In this document: piece after piece, positions 41,477 to 51,410 of the stretch
Position numbering within the stretch: the stretch's first letter is position 1
Layout: each line of letters starts with the position of its first letter
NCBI GenBank assembly: GCA_016178945.1
Contig: JACOSH010000079.1
Location: forward strand, 1 to 62,377
DNA: 62,377 nucleotides
Reading direction: 5' to 3'
From: Acidobacteriota bacterium
Lineage (GTDB): Bacteria; Acidobacteriota; Terriglobia; Bryobacterales; Bryobacteraceae
Notes under the pieces: model-generated
What the model was told of the DNA's origin: nothing
What the model saw: only the letters and a program-made list of their open reading frames with translations
Databases searched by the model: none
Position numbers and translations under genes: made by a program

Positions 41477-41779
41477 ATGCTCAACACTCTCGGCCCCTTT
41501 TGTTACTTGCAGTTGCTGGATTTCCTGACCACTATCGCCTTCCTGATGCAAGGCGTCCAGGAAGCGAACCCGGTCGTAAGGTGGGCGATCCAGGCGGGCG
41601 GGACTTCGCCTCTAGGCGGCTTGGTGGCCGTGAAGCTGGTAGCGATGGCGCTAGGCCTCTACTGCTGGCATCGCGGCAAGCTGCGCCTGCTGGGGTCGAT
41701 CAACCTGCTGTTTGCGGCCGTGGTTACCTGGAACGTGCTGGCCATCATTCTCCACGCCGCCGGTATCGGTTTCCACTAG
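41477..41779 (+). CDS. DUF5658-like small membrane protein
   Basis: LQLLDFLTTIAFLMQGVQEANPVVRW plus two further TM helices. The start is uncertain (41429 or 41477). Confidence 0.5.
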   Translation: MLNTLGPFCYLQLLDFLTTIAFLMQGVQEANPVVRWAIQAGGTSPLGGLVAVKLVAMALGLYCWHRGKLRLLGSINLLFAAVVTWNVLAIILHAAGIGFH

Positions 41780-44700
41780 AACCTCACCCGCAGCGCGAAC
41801 CGGAACATCCGCTCGTCGACACCTTCGCGCCCGGTGTTCTGGACGCCGGTGATGACCGTGTAGCCGTTCAGGTTTCGAATCGATCCATCCGCGTTCAATT
41901 GCAGCGAGCTGACGTTGGTCCCGGGACCACCGAAATGCGGCGTATTGGTGATATTGAAGGCCTCGGCGCGGAATTGGGCGCTGAAACGCTCGGTCAGGCG
42001 GAAGTCGCGAAACACGCTGGCATCCACATTCACGAGTCCGGGGGCGCGGACGATGTTGAAGCCGGAGGTGCCGAATCGGGGCTCCGTGACGGTCGCGAAG
42101 GCCAGCGGATCAAACCAGGAATCTCGCATCCCCAGTTTCCGGACGTTCGGCTTGACCAGGTCGGCCCGCTGCGTATTGCCGGGAGCGTTCAGCGAGGAGC
42201 TATCGGATCCGACCGTAAACGGAGTTCCGGTGTAGGCCGCCACCAAGCCGTTGACCTGCCAGCCGCCCAGGAACTGCTTGCCCAGGCCGCCCGTCGCCCA
42301 GCGCTTGCCTGCCCCGAAAGGCAGTCCGGCGGCGTAGGAAGCCGTGAACATGTGGGTCCTGTCGTAACTCTGGAGAGCCTTGTTCAAAGCGAAGTACGCC
42401 GGGTTGCTGTTGGGGTAGCCGTCGACGCCCGTACCGTTGCCGTTGGGGCCGATCGCCCGGCTCCAGGTATAGGTGAATTTCAGGAAGTAGCCGCCGGATG
42501 CGCGACGGAGCAGCGTGCTCTGCAGCGAGTTGTAGGAAGAGGTGAATCCACCGGTGTCGGAGAAGAAATTGGTGCCGGCGGTGCGGCCGAACAGCCGGTT
42601 CAGGACCTGGCTCGCCGTGCCGCCGCCGATGAAACCATAGTTGGCGTTCCAGCGGTTCTGCTGATGCCGCGAGCCGTTGCCGACATAGCCGGCCTCGCCG
42701 ATCCAGCCGCCGCCGAATTCCTTCTCCAGCATCAGGTTCCAGGACTCGACGTAGGCCCTGCGGTACTTGGGGTCGAACAGCTCCATGCTGACGCCCGAGG
42801 GAACCGGGATCGTGCCATTGCCCAGGCTGGGAGCCGTGAGCGCCGGGATGCCGTCGCTCAGCTTGCCGGCGGGCTGAAATCCATTCGGCGCCGGCAGCGT
42901 GAAGGTGGTCTGGACCGGGTAGCTATGCAGCGGGTTCCGCGCGATGTTCACCGGATCGTAGGCGATGCCGTAGCCGGCGCGGATCACGAAGTTATCGGTC
43001 AGCCGGTAAGCGGCGCCGAGCCGCGGCGAGAAGTACTTCTTGCCCATGCTCATCACCCCGCAGTCCTGGGGCAGGTTCCCCACGCCGCACAACTGTAGCC
43101 GGTTGCTGGAGAAGTCGTAGACCTCCATGCCACGGTCGGCGCGACGCGGCGCCGCCCAGTAGTCCCAGCGCACGCCGAGCGAGACGGTGAGTTTCCGCGT
43201 GGCCTGCCACTTGTCGCGGAAGTAGAGACTCTGAGCCCAGGTGCGCGCCGTATTGGGCTCCCAGGTGACCGTCTTGGTGACGCTGGAAGGCAATCCCAGA
43301 AGGAAGGCCGCGTAGGCGTTGTAGGTGTCCGTGCTCCCGCCCCGGATGCCGGTGACGCCTCCGCCGAAGCTGAAGCTGCCCGGAATGCCGGCCGCTTCGT
43401 CTCCATTCAGCTTCACCAGCATGGAGTCGAAGCCGAAGCGGATATTGTGGCTGCCGCGCGTCCAGGCCGCGTTGGTGACGTATTGGGACTGCGGGCTGTG
43501 GTAATACCAGGGGGCGTTGGTGTTGGCGCGGCCGATGGTGCGCAGCCCGCCGACGGCGAATCCCGGCCAGCCGCCCAGGTAGCGCGATCCGCCGTTGGTG
43601 CCCGGAATGCCCAGGAAGTCCGTGCCCAGGTTCTCATCCAGCCGGATGGGCTCGACGCGCGCGTCGTAGAGCGTGTAGCCGATGTAGGCGTCCACGATGA
43701 GGCGGGGGGTGACCGTGTACACACCCGAGTAGGTCGTGCTCAGGGTCTCGCCGAACGACTTGCCGTCGTAGGAGCAGCGCCCGATGCCGCCGCCGCCGAG
43801 CTGGCCCAGCCAGGCCGGATCGTCGCAGTTCCAGTTCAGATAGCTGATTCTGGCGTTGAGAATCAGCCGGCTGGCCGCGTTCCAGGTCAGCTTTGAATCC
43901 AGCGTCCTGCGGTCGAAGGCGAACGGACCGCTAACGAAGTAGTTATTGGCGACGCCGGGAGGGCCGTAGTTGGGCAGCGGCAGCAGGTCGTTCAACTTCT
44001 TCGCGATCGGGCTGATGCGAACGGCAGGCAGGAGATTACTGGCGAACGGCACGCGATTGGAGCCATCCAGGTCCCCGGTGAGCGGGTCGTAGATCAGGCG
44101 GGTGGATTCGGTGAAGTCGCCGGTATGCATGCGCGCCGTGGGCAGCGAGGTGATGCCGAAAGCGCCCTGGCGGTCGAAGGTGCCTTCGAAAGCCGCAAAG
44201 TAGAACAGCTTGTTTCTGACGATGGGACCGCCCAGCGTTCCGCCCCATTGATTCACCACCCTTTTTTCCTTGTCCTGCGTGGCGGGCAGAAAGTAGGGCC
44301 GGGCTTTCAGGTGCTGGTTGAAGTGATGATCGTAAAGCGACCCGTGCAGGTCGTTGGTGCCGCTCCGGATCTGCACATTGACGGCCGCGCCGCCCGCGTA
44401 CCCCTGCTCGGCGTCGAAGCTGTTGGAGACGATGGTCACGCTCTCAATGGCGTCCAGCGAGGGGACATAGCCGGCGATGTGCGGCAGCCAGGGATGTCCG
44501 GTAGTCGCCCCGTCGACGCGGAAATTCGCGGACTGCGAGTTGGTGCCGTTGGCGTTCACCTGGAGCGATCGCGAGGGATTGGCCGGCACGGAGTGCGCGT
44601 TGACGGGCGGGGTCATGCCGGGCACCGTGATGAGCAGGTTCTGATAGTTTCGGGTGAACGGCACGGGCAGATTCTGAAACTCCTCGGCGCGGATCTCCGC

Positions 44701-45114
44701 GCGCACGTCGGCGCTGTCGGTTTTGAGCGCCGCGGCCGAGGCGCTGACCTTGACGGTCTCCGAGACGGCCCCGACCTGCAGGGTCACATTGACCCGCACG
44801 GTGGCGTTGGCCGTCACCACCAGGCCTTGCTGCGTAAACGTCTGGAAGCCCGGGTTCGAGACGGTGAGCTCGTAGACGCCGGCCGGAATCGTGGACAGCG
44901 AGAACGCCCCCGAATCGTTGGCGGTCGCGGTCCACTCCTGGCGCGTGCCGGTGTTGACAATCTTGACCGCAGCGCTGGGAATCGCGGCCTGGCTGGGATC
45001 CGCGATGCCGCCGACGAGATTGCCGTACAAGACTTGCGCGCGGACGGTTGGACTGCCGGGCAGCAAGCAGAGAATGATGGCCGCAAGGGGATGCCTGTGC
45101 GACGCGCTGGACAT
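41776..45114 (-). CDS. TonB-dependent receptor with N-terminal carboxypeptidase-regulatory-like domain
   Basis: About 1112 aa. After the signal peptide comes AAVKIVNTGTRQEWTATANDSGAFSLSTIPAGVYELTVSNPGF (CarboxypepD_reg), then a plug and a long beta-barrel, with a terminal ...ALRVRF. ATG 45114 has a GGAGG sequence 5 nt upstream. Confidence 0.85.
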   Translation of the reverse strand: MSSASHRHPLAAIILCLLPGSPTVRAQVLYGNLVGGIADPSQAAIPSAAVKIVNTGTRQEWTATANDSGAFSLSTIPAGVYELTVSNPGFQTFTQQGLVVTANATVRVNVTLQVGAVSETVKVSASAAALKTDSADVRAEIRAEEFQNLPVPFTRNYQNLLITVPGMTPPVNAHSVPANPSRSLQVNANGTNSQSANFRVDGATTGHPWLPHIAGYVPSLDAIESVTIVSNSFDAEQGYAGGAAVNVQIRSGTNDLHGSLYDHHFNQHLKARPYFLPATQDKEKRVVNQWGGTLGGPIVRNKLFYFAAFEGTFDRQGAFGITSLPTARMHTGDFTESTRLIYDPLTGDLDGSNRVPFASNLLPAVRISPIAKKLNDLLPLPNYGPPGVANNYFVSGPFAFDRRTLDSKLTWNAASRLILNARISYLNWNCDDPAWLGQLGGGGIGRCSYDGKSFGETLSTTYSGVYTVTPRLIVDAYIGYTLYDARVEPIRLDENLGTDFLGIPGTNGGSRYLGGWPGFAVGGLRTIGRANTNAPWYYHSPQSQYVTNAAWTRGSHNIRFGFDSMLVKLNGDEAAGIPGSFSFGGGVTGIRGGSTDTYNAYAAFLLGLPSSVTKTVTWEPNTARTWAQSLYFRDKWQATRKLTVSLGVRWDYWAAPRRADRGMEVYDFSSNRLQLCGVGNLPQDCGVMSMGKKYFSPRLGAAYRLTDNFVIRAGYGIAYDPVNIARNPLHSYPVQTTFTLPAPNGFQPAGKLSDGIPALTAPSLGNGTIPVPSGVSMELFDPKYRRAYVESWNLMLEKEFGGGWIGEAGYVGNGSRHQQNRWNANYGFIGGGTASQVLNRLFGRTAGTNFFSDTGGFTSSYNSLQSTLLRRASGGYFLKFTYTWSRAIGPNGNGTGVDGYPNSNPAYFALNKALQSYDRTHMFTASYAAGLPFGAGKRWATGGLGKQFLGGWQVNGLVAAYTGTPFTVGSDSSSLNAPGNTQRADLVKPNVRKLGMRDSWFDPLAFATVTEPRFGTSGFNIVRAPGLVNVDASVFRDFRLTERFSAQFRAEAFNITNTPHFGGPGTNVSSLQLNADGSIRNLNGYTVITGVQNTGREGVDERMFRFALRVRF

Positions 45115-45120
45115 AACCAC

Positions 45121-45146
45121 CTCCAGGACAACAACGAGACCTGGAG
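45121..45146 (-). promoter_or_regulatory. 7-bp stem-loop between bfr and the TonB receptor gene whose 3' arm overlaps the receptor Shine-Dalgarno
   Basis: On the mRNA strand the sequence is CUCCAGG-UCUCGUUGUUGU-CCUGGAG, then GUGGUUAUG. The GGAG of the SD lies inside the stem. Confidence 0.3.
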
Positions 45147-45154
45147 TGATTATC

Positions 45155-45625
45155 CTACTTATGCATCTGCTGCGCCAGGTAGTTGTCCAGCCCGATCTCT
45201 CCGATCATGTAGAGCTGGGCCTCCAGCCAGTCCACGTGCTTCTCTTCGTCCACCAGGATCTCCTCGAAGAGCTCGCGCGAGGCGTTGTCGCCCACCTCGG
45301 TGGCCGCTTTGATGGCTTTGTTCAAGCGCGGAATCGCCTCCAGCTCCAGGGCCAGATCGTTCTCCAACTGCGCCTTGACCGACTGCCCGATCCGCAGCAG
45401 GAACAATTCGCTCATGTTGGGCGAGCCATCCAGAAACAGTATCCGCTGGATGGCTTTGTCGGCGTGCTTCATCTCGTCGATCGATTCGTGCTGCACGTAG
45501 GCCGCCAGCTTCATGTATCCCCAGTTCTCGCACATCTTGGCGTGCAGGAAATACTGGTTGATGGCGGTCAGCTCCGCCTTCAATACCTCGTTGAGGTAGG
45601 CAATCACGGTCTCGTTTCCGCGCAT
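45155..45625 (-). CDS. bfr: bacterioferritin
   Basis: ATG 45625. It reads MRGNETVIAYLNEVLKAELTAINQYFLHAKM and ESIDEMKHAD (heme Met and ferroxidase ligands), then EEKHVDWLE. Confidence 0.9.
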   Translation of the reverse strand: MRGNETVIAYLNEVLKAELTAINQYFLHAKMCENWGYMKLAAYVQHESIDEMKHADKAIQRILFLDGSPNMSELFLLRIGQSVKAQLENDLALELEAIPRLNKAIKAATEVGDNASRELFEEILVDEEKHVDWLEAQLYMIGEIGLDNYLAQQMHK

Positions 45626-45704
45626 ATGGTGATTGTAGCATTGCGCATTCCCCAGGCAGGAGATATAACTAAAGGGTGATCGCCGCCGGCCTGCCCTGAC
45701 TGCA

Positions 45705-47393
45705 ATGTTCACTGCTCTTCGCCTCCTCTTTCTCGCCGGAGCATGGCTGGCCTCCGCCTGGGCCCAGGGGCCGGTCCTCAAAGCCCGCCAGGATTTTGAC
45801 AAGGTGGACCTGTCGGCGCGTCCCTCGCTTCAGGACGCGCTGGTTTGCGCTCAATCCCAGACCCCCGCGCTGGCCGCCACCCGCTCCGACCAGCACTTTG
45901 AGATTTTTTACCGCCGCGCGTATTGCGAGCTGTTTGCGGGGATCGCCGGCGGTGAGTCCGCCCAGTTCCAGGCCGCGGCGCGGGACTTCACGCAAGCCGG
46001 CGCCGCTTGGCCACCCAAGTCCCGGGACGAGATTCCGGCGGGTCTGCGGGTCCTGGTCTGGGTCGCGCGACTGGAGCAGGGTCGCACCGCGGCCAACTAC
46101 CCCGACGCGAACCGGGAGTTGGAGGCGGCCATCACGGGAGTCTCCTGGGAACGTTTGTGCCCTCCCTCGCCGGTCATGAATCAGGCCTTTTGCAAGAGCC
46201 TGGTCGAGACCGGCCGCGCCTGGCTGGGCTGGCTCTCCTACCGGGTGCAGAACCTGGAAGGCGCCGCCACGGTCCTGGCGCCGATCCGCCAGAGCCCCTG
46301 GGCTTTGTGGGTGGCCGGGCGTCAGGCGCAGCGCCTGGACCGCACGCCGGAAGCCGCCGATAACTACGCCAAGGCGCTGGCCGCTTGGGCGGCCGCGGAA
46401 AAATCGCCCAATCCCGACCTGATCGCGCAGCTCGGGCCCAAGCCCGATCTGGCGGCGATGTACTACGAGTTGGGGCTCGCCAACTTCGCCGTCACACGTC
46501 ACGACCTGGCCATCACCGCCTTCGACCAGGCGGTTTCGCGGGCGCCGTCGAACTCGCACGCGGTCTTTGTCCGCGCGCGCGCCAAAGAGGCCCTGGGCTT
46601 GGATACGCCCGCCTTGGCCGATTACAAACTGGCCGCCGAAAACGCAAAGTTTTCGAACGACCTGACCTGGCCGGTGGGCGAGGCGCACTACTATCGCGGG
46701 GTCCTGCTCTACCGGAAGAAGGATTACGCCGGCGCAGGGGCCGAGTTCTCCAGCGCCGAGGGCGCCAAGCTGCTGGACATTCCTCAGGCCGATGTCACGG
46801 CCTGGCGCGGCTTGGCCGAAGTGGCCGGCGGCGCTTGTCAGTCCGGTGAGAGGCTGGACTCTTCCCTGCGCGTGGCTTCGGTCCGCTTCCCCAAGGACGA
46901 GGCGGATGCGCTGGTGATGAATTGCCGCCTGCGGGCGGCGGCCGGTCTCGATCAGCTCCTGGCTCTGGACAAGGCCCTGGCCGGCCGCCTCACCGCCGCA
47001 CAAACCGCCGCCCTGCGCGCCCGCATCGCCGATGCCTACGCCGATCAGGGAGTGGCGGCCGAGGACCGCAAGGATTCCTACGCCGCCGTGATCGCCTACC
47101 GCAACGCCATCCAGTGGAATCCCCGGAACGTCCGAGCGCGCTTCAATCTGGGTGCCATCTACATCGAGGACCGCAAGTTCAACCTGGCGGAAGCCGAATA
47201 CCAGGCGCTGGTGGAGGCCGATTCCACCGACCATGAGGCTCAGTTCTGGCTGGCCGAATCGATTCTGGCCCAGCGCCCGCCGCCGGACCGCCGCGCCCAA
47301 GCCTGCGGCCTGCTCCGGAGGTCGCTCGCCATCGTGGATCCCGAGAAGCGCGCCCAGTTCTCGAAATCGCTGGCCGCCGCCAAGTGTCCCTGA
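45705..47393 (+). CDS. secreted TPR-repeat protein
   Basis: 562 aa. It has a signal peptide (MFTALRLLFLAGAWLASAWA) and multiple A..Y..A TPR-like repeats (e.g. AIQWNPRNVRARFNLGAIYIEDRKFNLAEAEYQ). Confidence 0.65.
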   Translation: MFTALRLLFLAGAWLASAWAQGPVLKARQDFDKVDLSARPSLQDALVCAQSQTPALAATRSDQHFEIFYRRAYCELFAGIAGGESAQFQAAARDFTQAGAAWPPKSRDEIPAGLRVLVWVARLEQGRTAANYPDANRELEAAITGVSWERLCPPSPVMNQAFCKSLVETGRAWLGWLSYRVQNLEGAATVLAPIRQSPWALWVAGRQAQRLDRTPEAADNYAKALAAWAAAEKSPNPDLIAQLGPKPDLAAMYYELGLANFAVTRHDLAITAFDQAVSRAPSNSHAVFVRARAKEALGLDTPALADYKLAAENAKFSNDLTWPVGEAHYYRGVLLYRKKDYAGAGAEFSSAEGAKLLDIPQADVTAWRGLAEVAGGACQSGERLDSSLRVASVRFPKDEADALVMNCRLRAAAGLDQLLALDKALAGRLTAAQTAALRARIADAYADQGVAAEDRKDSYAAVIAYRNAIQWNPRNVRARFNLGAIYIEDRKFNLAEAEYQALVEADSTDHEAQFWLAESILAQRPPPDRRAQACGLLRRSLAIVDPEKRAQFSKSLAAAKCP

Positions 47394-47396
47394 CCC

Positions 47397-47774
47397 TTAT
47401 CCTTCCAGAATCACGTGCGCCATCCCCAGCTCCGCCGTGTGGGTGATCGACAGCGAGATCGCCTTCACCCCCATCCGCTCGGCGATCCGGGCGGCCTCCC
47501 CGTGCAGCCGCAGCGTGGGCCGGCCGGAGGGCAGGTTGGCGACCTCGAAATCCCGCCAGCGCACCCCGCGCTTCCACCCCGTGCCCAGGGCCTTCATCCC
47601 GGCCTCCTTGGCCGCAAACCGGCCCGCGTAGCGCTCGTACCGGTTTGCCTTGCGCTCCACGTACGCGATCTCGCCCGGGGTGTAGATCCGCCCGGTGAAG
47701 CGCGCGCCGAACCGCTCGATGGCCTCCCGGATGCGGCCCACCTCGGCCAGGTCGACTCCCGTCCCCAGAATCAC
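47397..47774 (-). CDS. acpS: holo-[acyl-carrier-protein] synthase
   Basis: [27 protein letters not shown] and SLSITHT are AcpS motifs. Confidence 0.85.
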   Translation of the reverse strand: MILGTGVDLAEVGRIREAIERFGARFTGRIYTPGEIAYVERKANRYERYAGRFAAKEAGMKALGTGWKRGVRWRDFEVANLPSGRPTLRLHGEAARIAERMGVKAISLSITHTAELGMAHVILEG

Positions 47775-48190
47775 TTCAACTCCGCTCCGGAGGTCGTGAT
47801 GGTGAGCCGCCCGTGCTTCACCCCTTTGGTGCTGATCAGCGCGTCGGCGATCTTCCTCACCGCGCCCGCCTTGCCGCGCACCACCAGCACCTCCAGGCAG
47901 TTGTCGTGATCCAGGTGCACGTGCAAGGTCGAGAGGATCGAGCGGTGGAAATCGTGCTGCAGGTCCATCAGCTTGTCGCTCAACATCCGGACGTGGTGGT
48001 CGTAGACCAGCGTCACGGTGCCCACCACCGGGGATTCGGGCGACTCCCAGGATTTCTCCACCAGCTCGTCGCGGATCAGGTCCCGGAAGGCTTCCGAGCG
48101 ATTGGTGTAGCCGCGCTCGCCGATCAACTGGTCGAACTTGTCCAGCAGATCGGAGTCGATGGCCACGCCAATGCGGCTCAACTCGCTCAT
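47771..48190 (-). CDS. nikR: nickel-responsive transcriptional regulator NikR
   Basis: It has a ribbon-helix-helix N-terminus ([17 protein letters not shown]). The nickel site [13 protein letters not shown] is nearly identical to E. coli LHVHINHDDCLEI. It overlaps acpS by 4 nt. Confidence 0.85.
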   Translation of the reverse strand: MSELSRIGVAIDSDLLDKFDQLIGERGYTNRSEAFRDLIRDELVEKSWESPESPVVGTVTLVYDHHVRMLSDKLMDLQHDFHRSILSTLHVHLDHDNCLEVLVVRGKAGAVRKIADALISTKGVKHGRLTITTSGAELK

Positions 48191-48249
48191 GAGTAGTTCG
48201 ATTCTACACGTTGAGCCGCCGCGCGCGCTACCCAGCCGCCCGGCATACA

Positions 48250-49284
48250 ATGGGGTCCGTGAGATCCCAGCGCGTCAAGACCCTCGCCCGCGAGTGCGGC
48301 TTCGAGCTCTGTGGCATCAGCGCGGCTGCCCCGGCGCCCCAGGCCCGCTACTATCGCCAGTGGGTCGAGGCGGGCATGGCCGGCGAGATGCGCTATCTGA
48401 CCGACCGCCGCGCCCAAGTGCGCGACGATCCGCGCCGGCTCCTGCCCACGGCGCGCTCCCTGATTTGCGCCGGGAAACTCTATGACACCCCACAACCCTA
48501 TTCGACCGAGCTCGGCGAGCCGGAGCTGGCCTGGATCTCGCGCTACGCCTGGGGCGGCGACTATCACGATGTGCTGCGCGCGGGTCTGCAGCGCCTGGCG
48601 GACCGCTTGCGCCAGGAAGCGGGCCAGCCCTTCGACTACAAGATCTGCGTCGACACGGCGCCTCTCCTCGAGCGCGCCTATGCCGAACAGGCCGGCCTGG
48701 GCTGGATCGCCAAGAATACCTGCCTCATCAACCAGCAGATGGGCTCCTGGTTCTTCCTGGGCGAGCTGCTGGTGGCGCTGGACCTGGAGCCCGATCAGCC
48801 TCCCCCCGACCGCTGCGGCTCCTGCACGCGCTGCATCGACGCCTGTCCCACCCAGGCCATTCTGCCCGGCGGCCGCACCCTGGACGCGCGCCTTTGCATC
48901 TCGTACTTCACCATCGAGCTGCGCGGCGCCGCGCCGGCCGGCCAGCGCGCAGCGGTCGGGAACCACGTCTTCGGCTGCGACGTATGTCAGGATGTGTGCC
49001 CTTGGAACCGCCGCCGCGTGTTCAGCGAGGAACCGGCCTTCGCGGCCCGGCACTTTGCGCCGCCGCTCGATGCCTTGGCCGCGCTGACCGCCGAGGAGTT
49101 CCACGCCCTGTTTCGCCACACGCCGGTCGAGCGGGCCCGCTACTCCGGCTTCTTGCGCAATATCGCCATCGCCATGGGCAACAGCCGCGCGGCGAAGTTC
49201 CGCGCGCCGCTCGAGAAGCTGGCCCAGTCGCCGGACCCGCTGGTGGCTGAACACGCGCGCTGGGCTTTGGGACAATTGGAATAG
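48250..49284 (+). CDS. queG: epoxyqueuosine reductase
   Basis: [13 protein letters not shown] and [13 protein letters not shown] ferredoxin motifs are present, with [11 protein letters not shown] and C-terminal HEAT-like repeats. Confidence 0.85.
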   Translation: MGSVRSQRVKTLARECGFELCGISAAAPAPQARYYRQWVEAGMAGEMRYLTDRRAQVRDDPRRLLPTARSLICAGKLYDTPQPYSTELGEPELAWISRYAWGGDYHDVLRAGLQRLADRLRQEAGQPFDYKICVDTAPLLERAYAEQAGLGWIAKNTCLINQQMGSWFFLGELLVALDLEPDQPPPDRCGSCTRCIDACPTQAILPGGRTLDARLCISYFTIELRGAAPAGQRAAVGNHVFGCDVCQDVCPWNRRRVFSEEPAFAARHFAPPLDALAALTAEEFHALFRHTPVERARYSGFLRNIAIAMGNSRAAKFRAPLEKLAQSPDPLVAEHARWALGQLE

Positions 49285-49291
49285 AACAATC

Positions 49292-50458
49292 ATGCGGGCG
49301 ATCCCTCTGGCACTCCTTCTGTCCCTTCCCCTGGCCGCGCAAGACCCCTTGGCTTCCCCGGGTTTCCAGCACTTCTATAACCTGGAGTATGACCAGGCCA
49401 TCGCGGAGTTTGAGAAGGAGATCGCCGCCAACCCCGCCTCGCCCAGCCTGCATAACCACCTGGCGCAGGCCGTCCAGTTCCGCGAGCTGTTCAAAGTGGG
49501 GGCGCTCGAAAGCGAGCTGGTATCGGGCGCGAACTCCTTCCTTCGGCGCCCCAGGATCAACACCACTCCCGAGATCGAAAAGCGGTTCTTCTCGGAGATT
49601 CAAAAGGCCATGGATCTGTCCCAGGCCTCGCTCGACAAGGATCCCAACGACACCCAGGCGCTCTATGCGATGGGCGTGGCCTACGGCCTGCGCGCCAACT
49701 GGTACTTCCTGGTGCGGAAGGCCTGGCGCGACTCGCTGCACGACGCCACCACCGCCCGCAAGCAGCACAACCGCGTCTCCGAGCTCGACCCCTCGAATTA
49801 CGACGCCCGCCTGACCCAGGGCGCGCACGACTACATCGTGGGCAGCCTGCCGCTGTTCTACAAGATGCTCGGCTTCCTCATCGGATTCCACGGCGACAAG
49901 ACCAAAGGCATTCACACGCTGCAGGAGGTGGCGGCCAAGGGCAGGTACAACCGCGTCGACGCCGAAGTTTTCCTGTGCGCGCTCTACCGGCGCGAGGAGC
50001 GCTGGCAGGAAGCCGCGCCGCTGCTGGCCGAGCTGATCCAGCGCTTCCCGCGTAACTACCTGCTGCGCTTCGAGCAGGCCCAAATGTACAGCGCCACCGG
50101 CCGCAAGGAGCAGGCGGTGGCCTCGATCGAGCAGGTCGCCGCCATGAAGAAGGCCGGCGCACTCGGCTACGTCGCGCTGCCGCCCGAGAAGATCCACTAC
50201 CAGCTTGGCAACATCCAGTTCTGGTACCGGGAATACGACCGGGCCATGGAAAACCTGCGCAAGGTCACGGCCGGCCTGGATGCCGTCGATCTCAATACCG
50301 GCACGTTGGCCTGGATGCGCATCGGCCAGATCTACGACCTCACCCACCGCCGCAATGAGGCGCTGGAAGCCTACCGGAAGGCCATCGCCTTCGCGCCGGA
50401 GGCCGAGGCGGCCAAGGAATCCCGCCGCTACCTGGCGTCCCCCTACCGCCGGGGGTAG
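49292..50458 (+). CDS. secreted TPR-like repeat protein
   Basis: 388 aa. It has a signal peptide (MRAIPLALLLSLPLAAQ) and TPR-like helical repeats (YDQAIAEFEKEIAANPASP, NEALEAYRKAIAFAPEAE). Confidence 0.6.
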   Translation: MRAIPLALLLSLPLAAQDPLASPGFQHFYNLEYDQAIAEFEKEIAANPASPSLHNHLAQAVQFRELFKVGALESELVSGANSFLRRPRINTTPEIEKRFFSEIQKAMDLSQASLDKDPNDTQALYAMGVAYGLRANWYFLVRKAWRDSLHDATTARKQHNRVSELDPSNYDARLTQGAHDYIVGSLPLFYKMLGFLIGFHGDKTKGIHTLQEVAAKGRYNRVDAEVFLCALYRREERWQEAAPLLAELIQRFPRNYLLRFEQAQMYSATGRKEQAVASIEQVAAMKKAGALGYVALPPEKIHYQLGNIQFWYREYDRAMENLRKVTAGLDAVDLNTGTLAWMRIGQIYDLTHRRNEALEAYRKAIAFAPEAEAAKESRRYLASPYRRG

Positions 50459-50500
50459 GCGATTACCGATGAACTCGCGAAAAAGACGAACGAAGGAACA

Positions 50501-50728
50501 GTGATGAAGGATACTTACGACTTCAGTAAAGGTAGGCGAGGCCGGGTCGTGGCCGAGTCCCCTCCCGAGCCCGGGAAGGTGAGAATCACCATCCGGTTGG
50601 ATGAAGACGTGGTCGACTATTTCGGCGCGATCGCCGATCGATCTGGCGGCAAGGTCCGCTACCAAACTTTAGTCAATTCGGCTCTGCGCGAATACGTACT
50701 GGCACGCTGGCCTGCCGGGAGAGAGTGA
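50501..50728 (+). CDS. brnA: BrnA-family antitoxin (orphan; no BrnT/DUF497 partner seen)
   Basis: 75 aa. YDFSKGRRG, ITIRLDEDVVDYF and YQTLVNSALREYV match the BrnA antitoxin pattern. Confidence 0.7.
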   Translation: MMKDTYDFSKGRRGRVVAESPPEPGKVRITIRLDEDVVDYFGAIADRSGGKVRYQTLVNSALREYVLARWPAGRE

Positions 50729-50733
50729 TTCCC

Positions 50734-51410
50734 TTACTCGGCGGCCCTGGAAAGTGACTTCACCAGCTCGTATAAGAATGTTTGCCCTTCGAAGAACGAT
50801 GCAACGCTCATCCGCTCGTCGCGCCCGTGAAAGCGGATGTCGTCCCGGTCCATGAAGAAGCCCTGGACACCGTCGGTCGGAATTCCAATCGCACGAAGGT
50901 GCAGGCCGTCGGTCGCTCCCATGACCATAATCGGAACCGCGGGCACACCCGGCCACATTGTGCCGGTGAGCCGGCTGGCCGCTCGAAACACGTCCTCGCG
51001 CACCGGTGACGCCGGACCCCTGCTGACGTCCCCGGAGATGGTGAGGCTCACCTGGCCGTCTCCGATTACCCGATTCAGAGTGCTCCGCACGTATTCAACG
51101 GAATCCTCGGGGAGAACCCGGCAGTTCACAGTCGCCGCCGCCAGTTGTGGCAACGCGTTCATGGCGTGCCCACCCTCGATCTGTGTCGACACGCAGGTGT
51201 GCGCAACGTGGCATTCCAGGCCGGCGATACCCGCGCAACCTGCTGCATCGCCTCCGTGGACCCCCTGCCCGCCGAGGCAAGTTGGTCTTTCGCCGGCCCG
51301 GTCTCAATCTTCGACATGGCCTCGAAGTACGCCCGCGTAACCTCATTGGTCTTCAGCGGAAAACCAAATGTTTGCAGCCGGCCGAGAGCGGCTGCCAGGG
51401 AAACAACCAA
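50734..51410 (-). pseudogene. M20-family metallopeptidase remnant: 5' half missing, 1-nt frameshift near 51198
   Basis: ORF 51159..51410 reads ...LGRLQTFGFPLKTNEVTRAYFEAM...WNATLRT and then goes out of frame. ORF 50734..51192 continues TCVSTQIEGGHAMNALPQLAAATVNCRVLP...FHGRDERMSV, the M20 dimerisation and C-terminal catalytic regions. No N-terminal catalytic half lies upstream. Confidence 0.6.

Noticed and set aside
41395-45312. Long plus-strand ORFs (567 aa and 395 aa) opposite the TonB receptor gene
   Set aside because: They are antisense to a 1112-aa receptor with clear domain order. They have G/R/A/V-rich composition and no motifs.
49022-50665. 547-aa minus-strand ORF across the TPR gene and brnA
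   Set aside because: This is a shadow ORF. It would have to overlap two well-supported plus-strand genes, and its composition is G/R/L/A-rich without motifs.
50459-50733. Search for a BrnT (DUF497) toxin partner of the BrnA antitoxin
   Set aside because: Only 42 nt separate brnA from the upstream TPR gene, and the downstream sequence is the M20 remnant on the other strand. No toxin-like ORF exists, so brnA is called an orphan.
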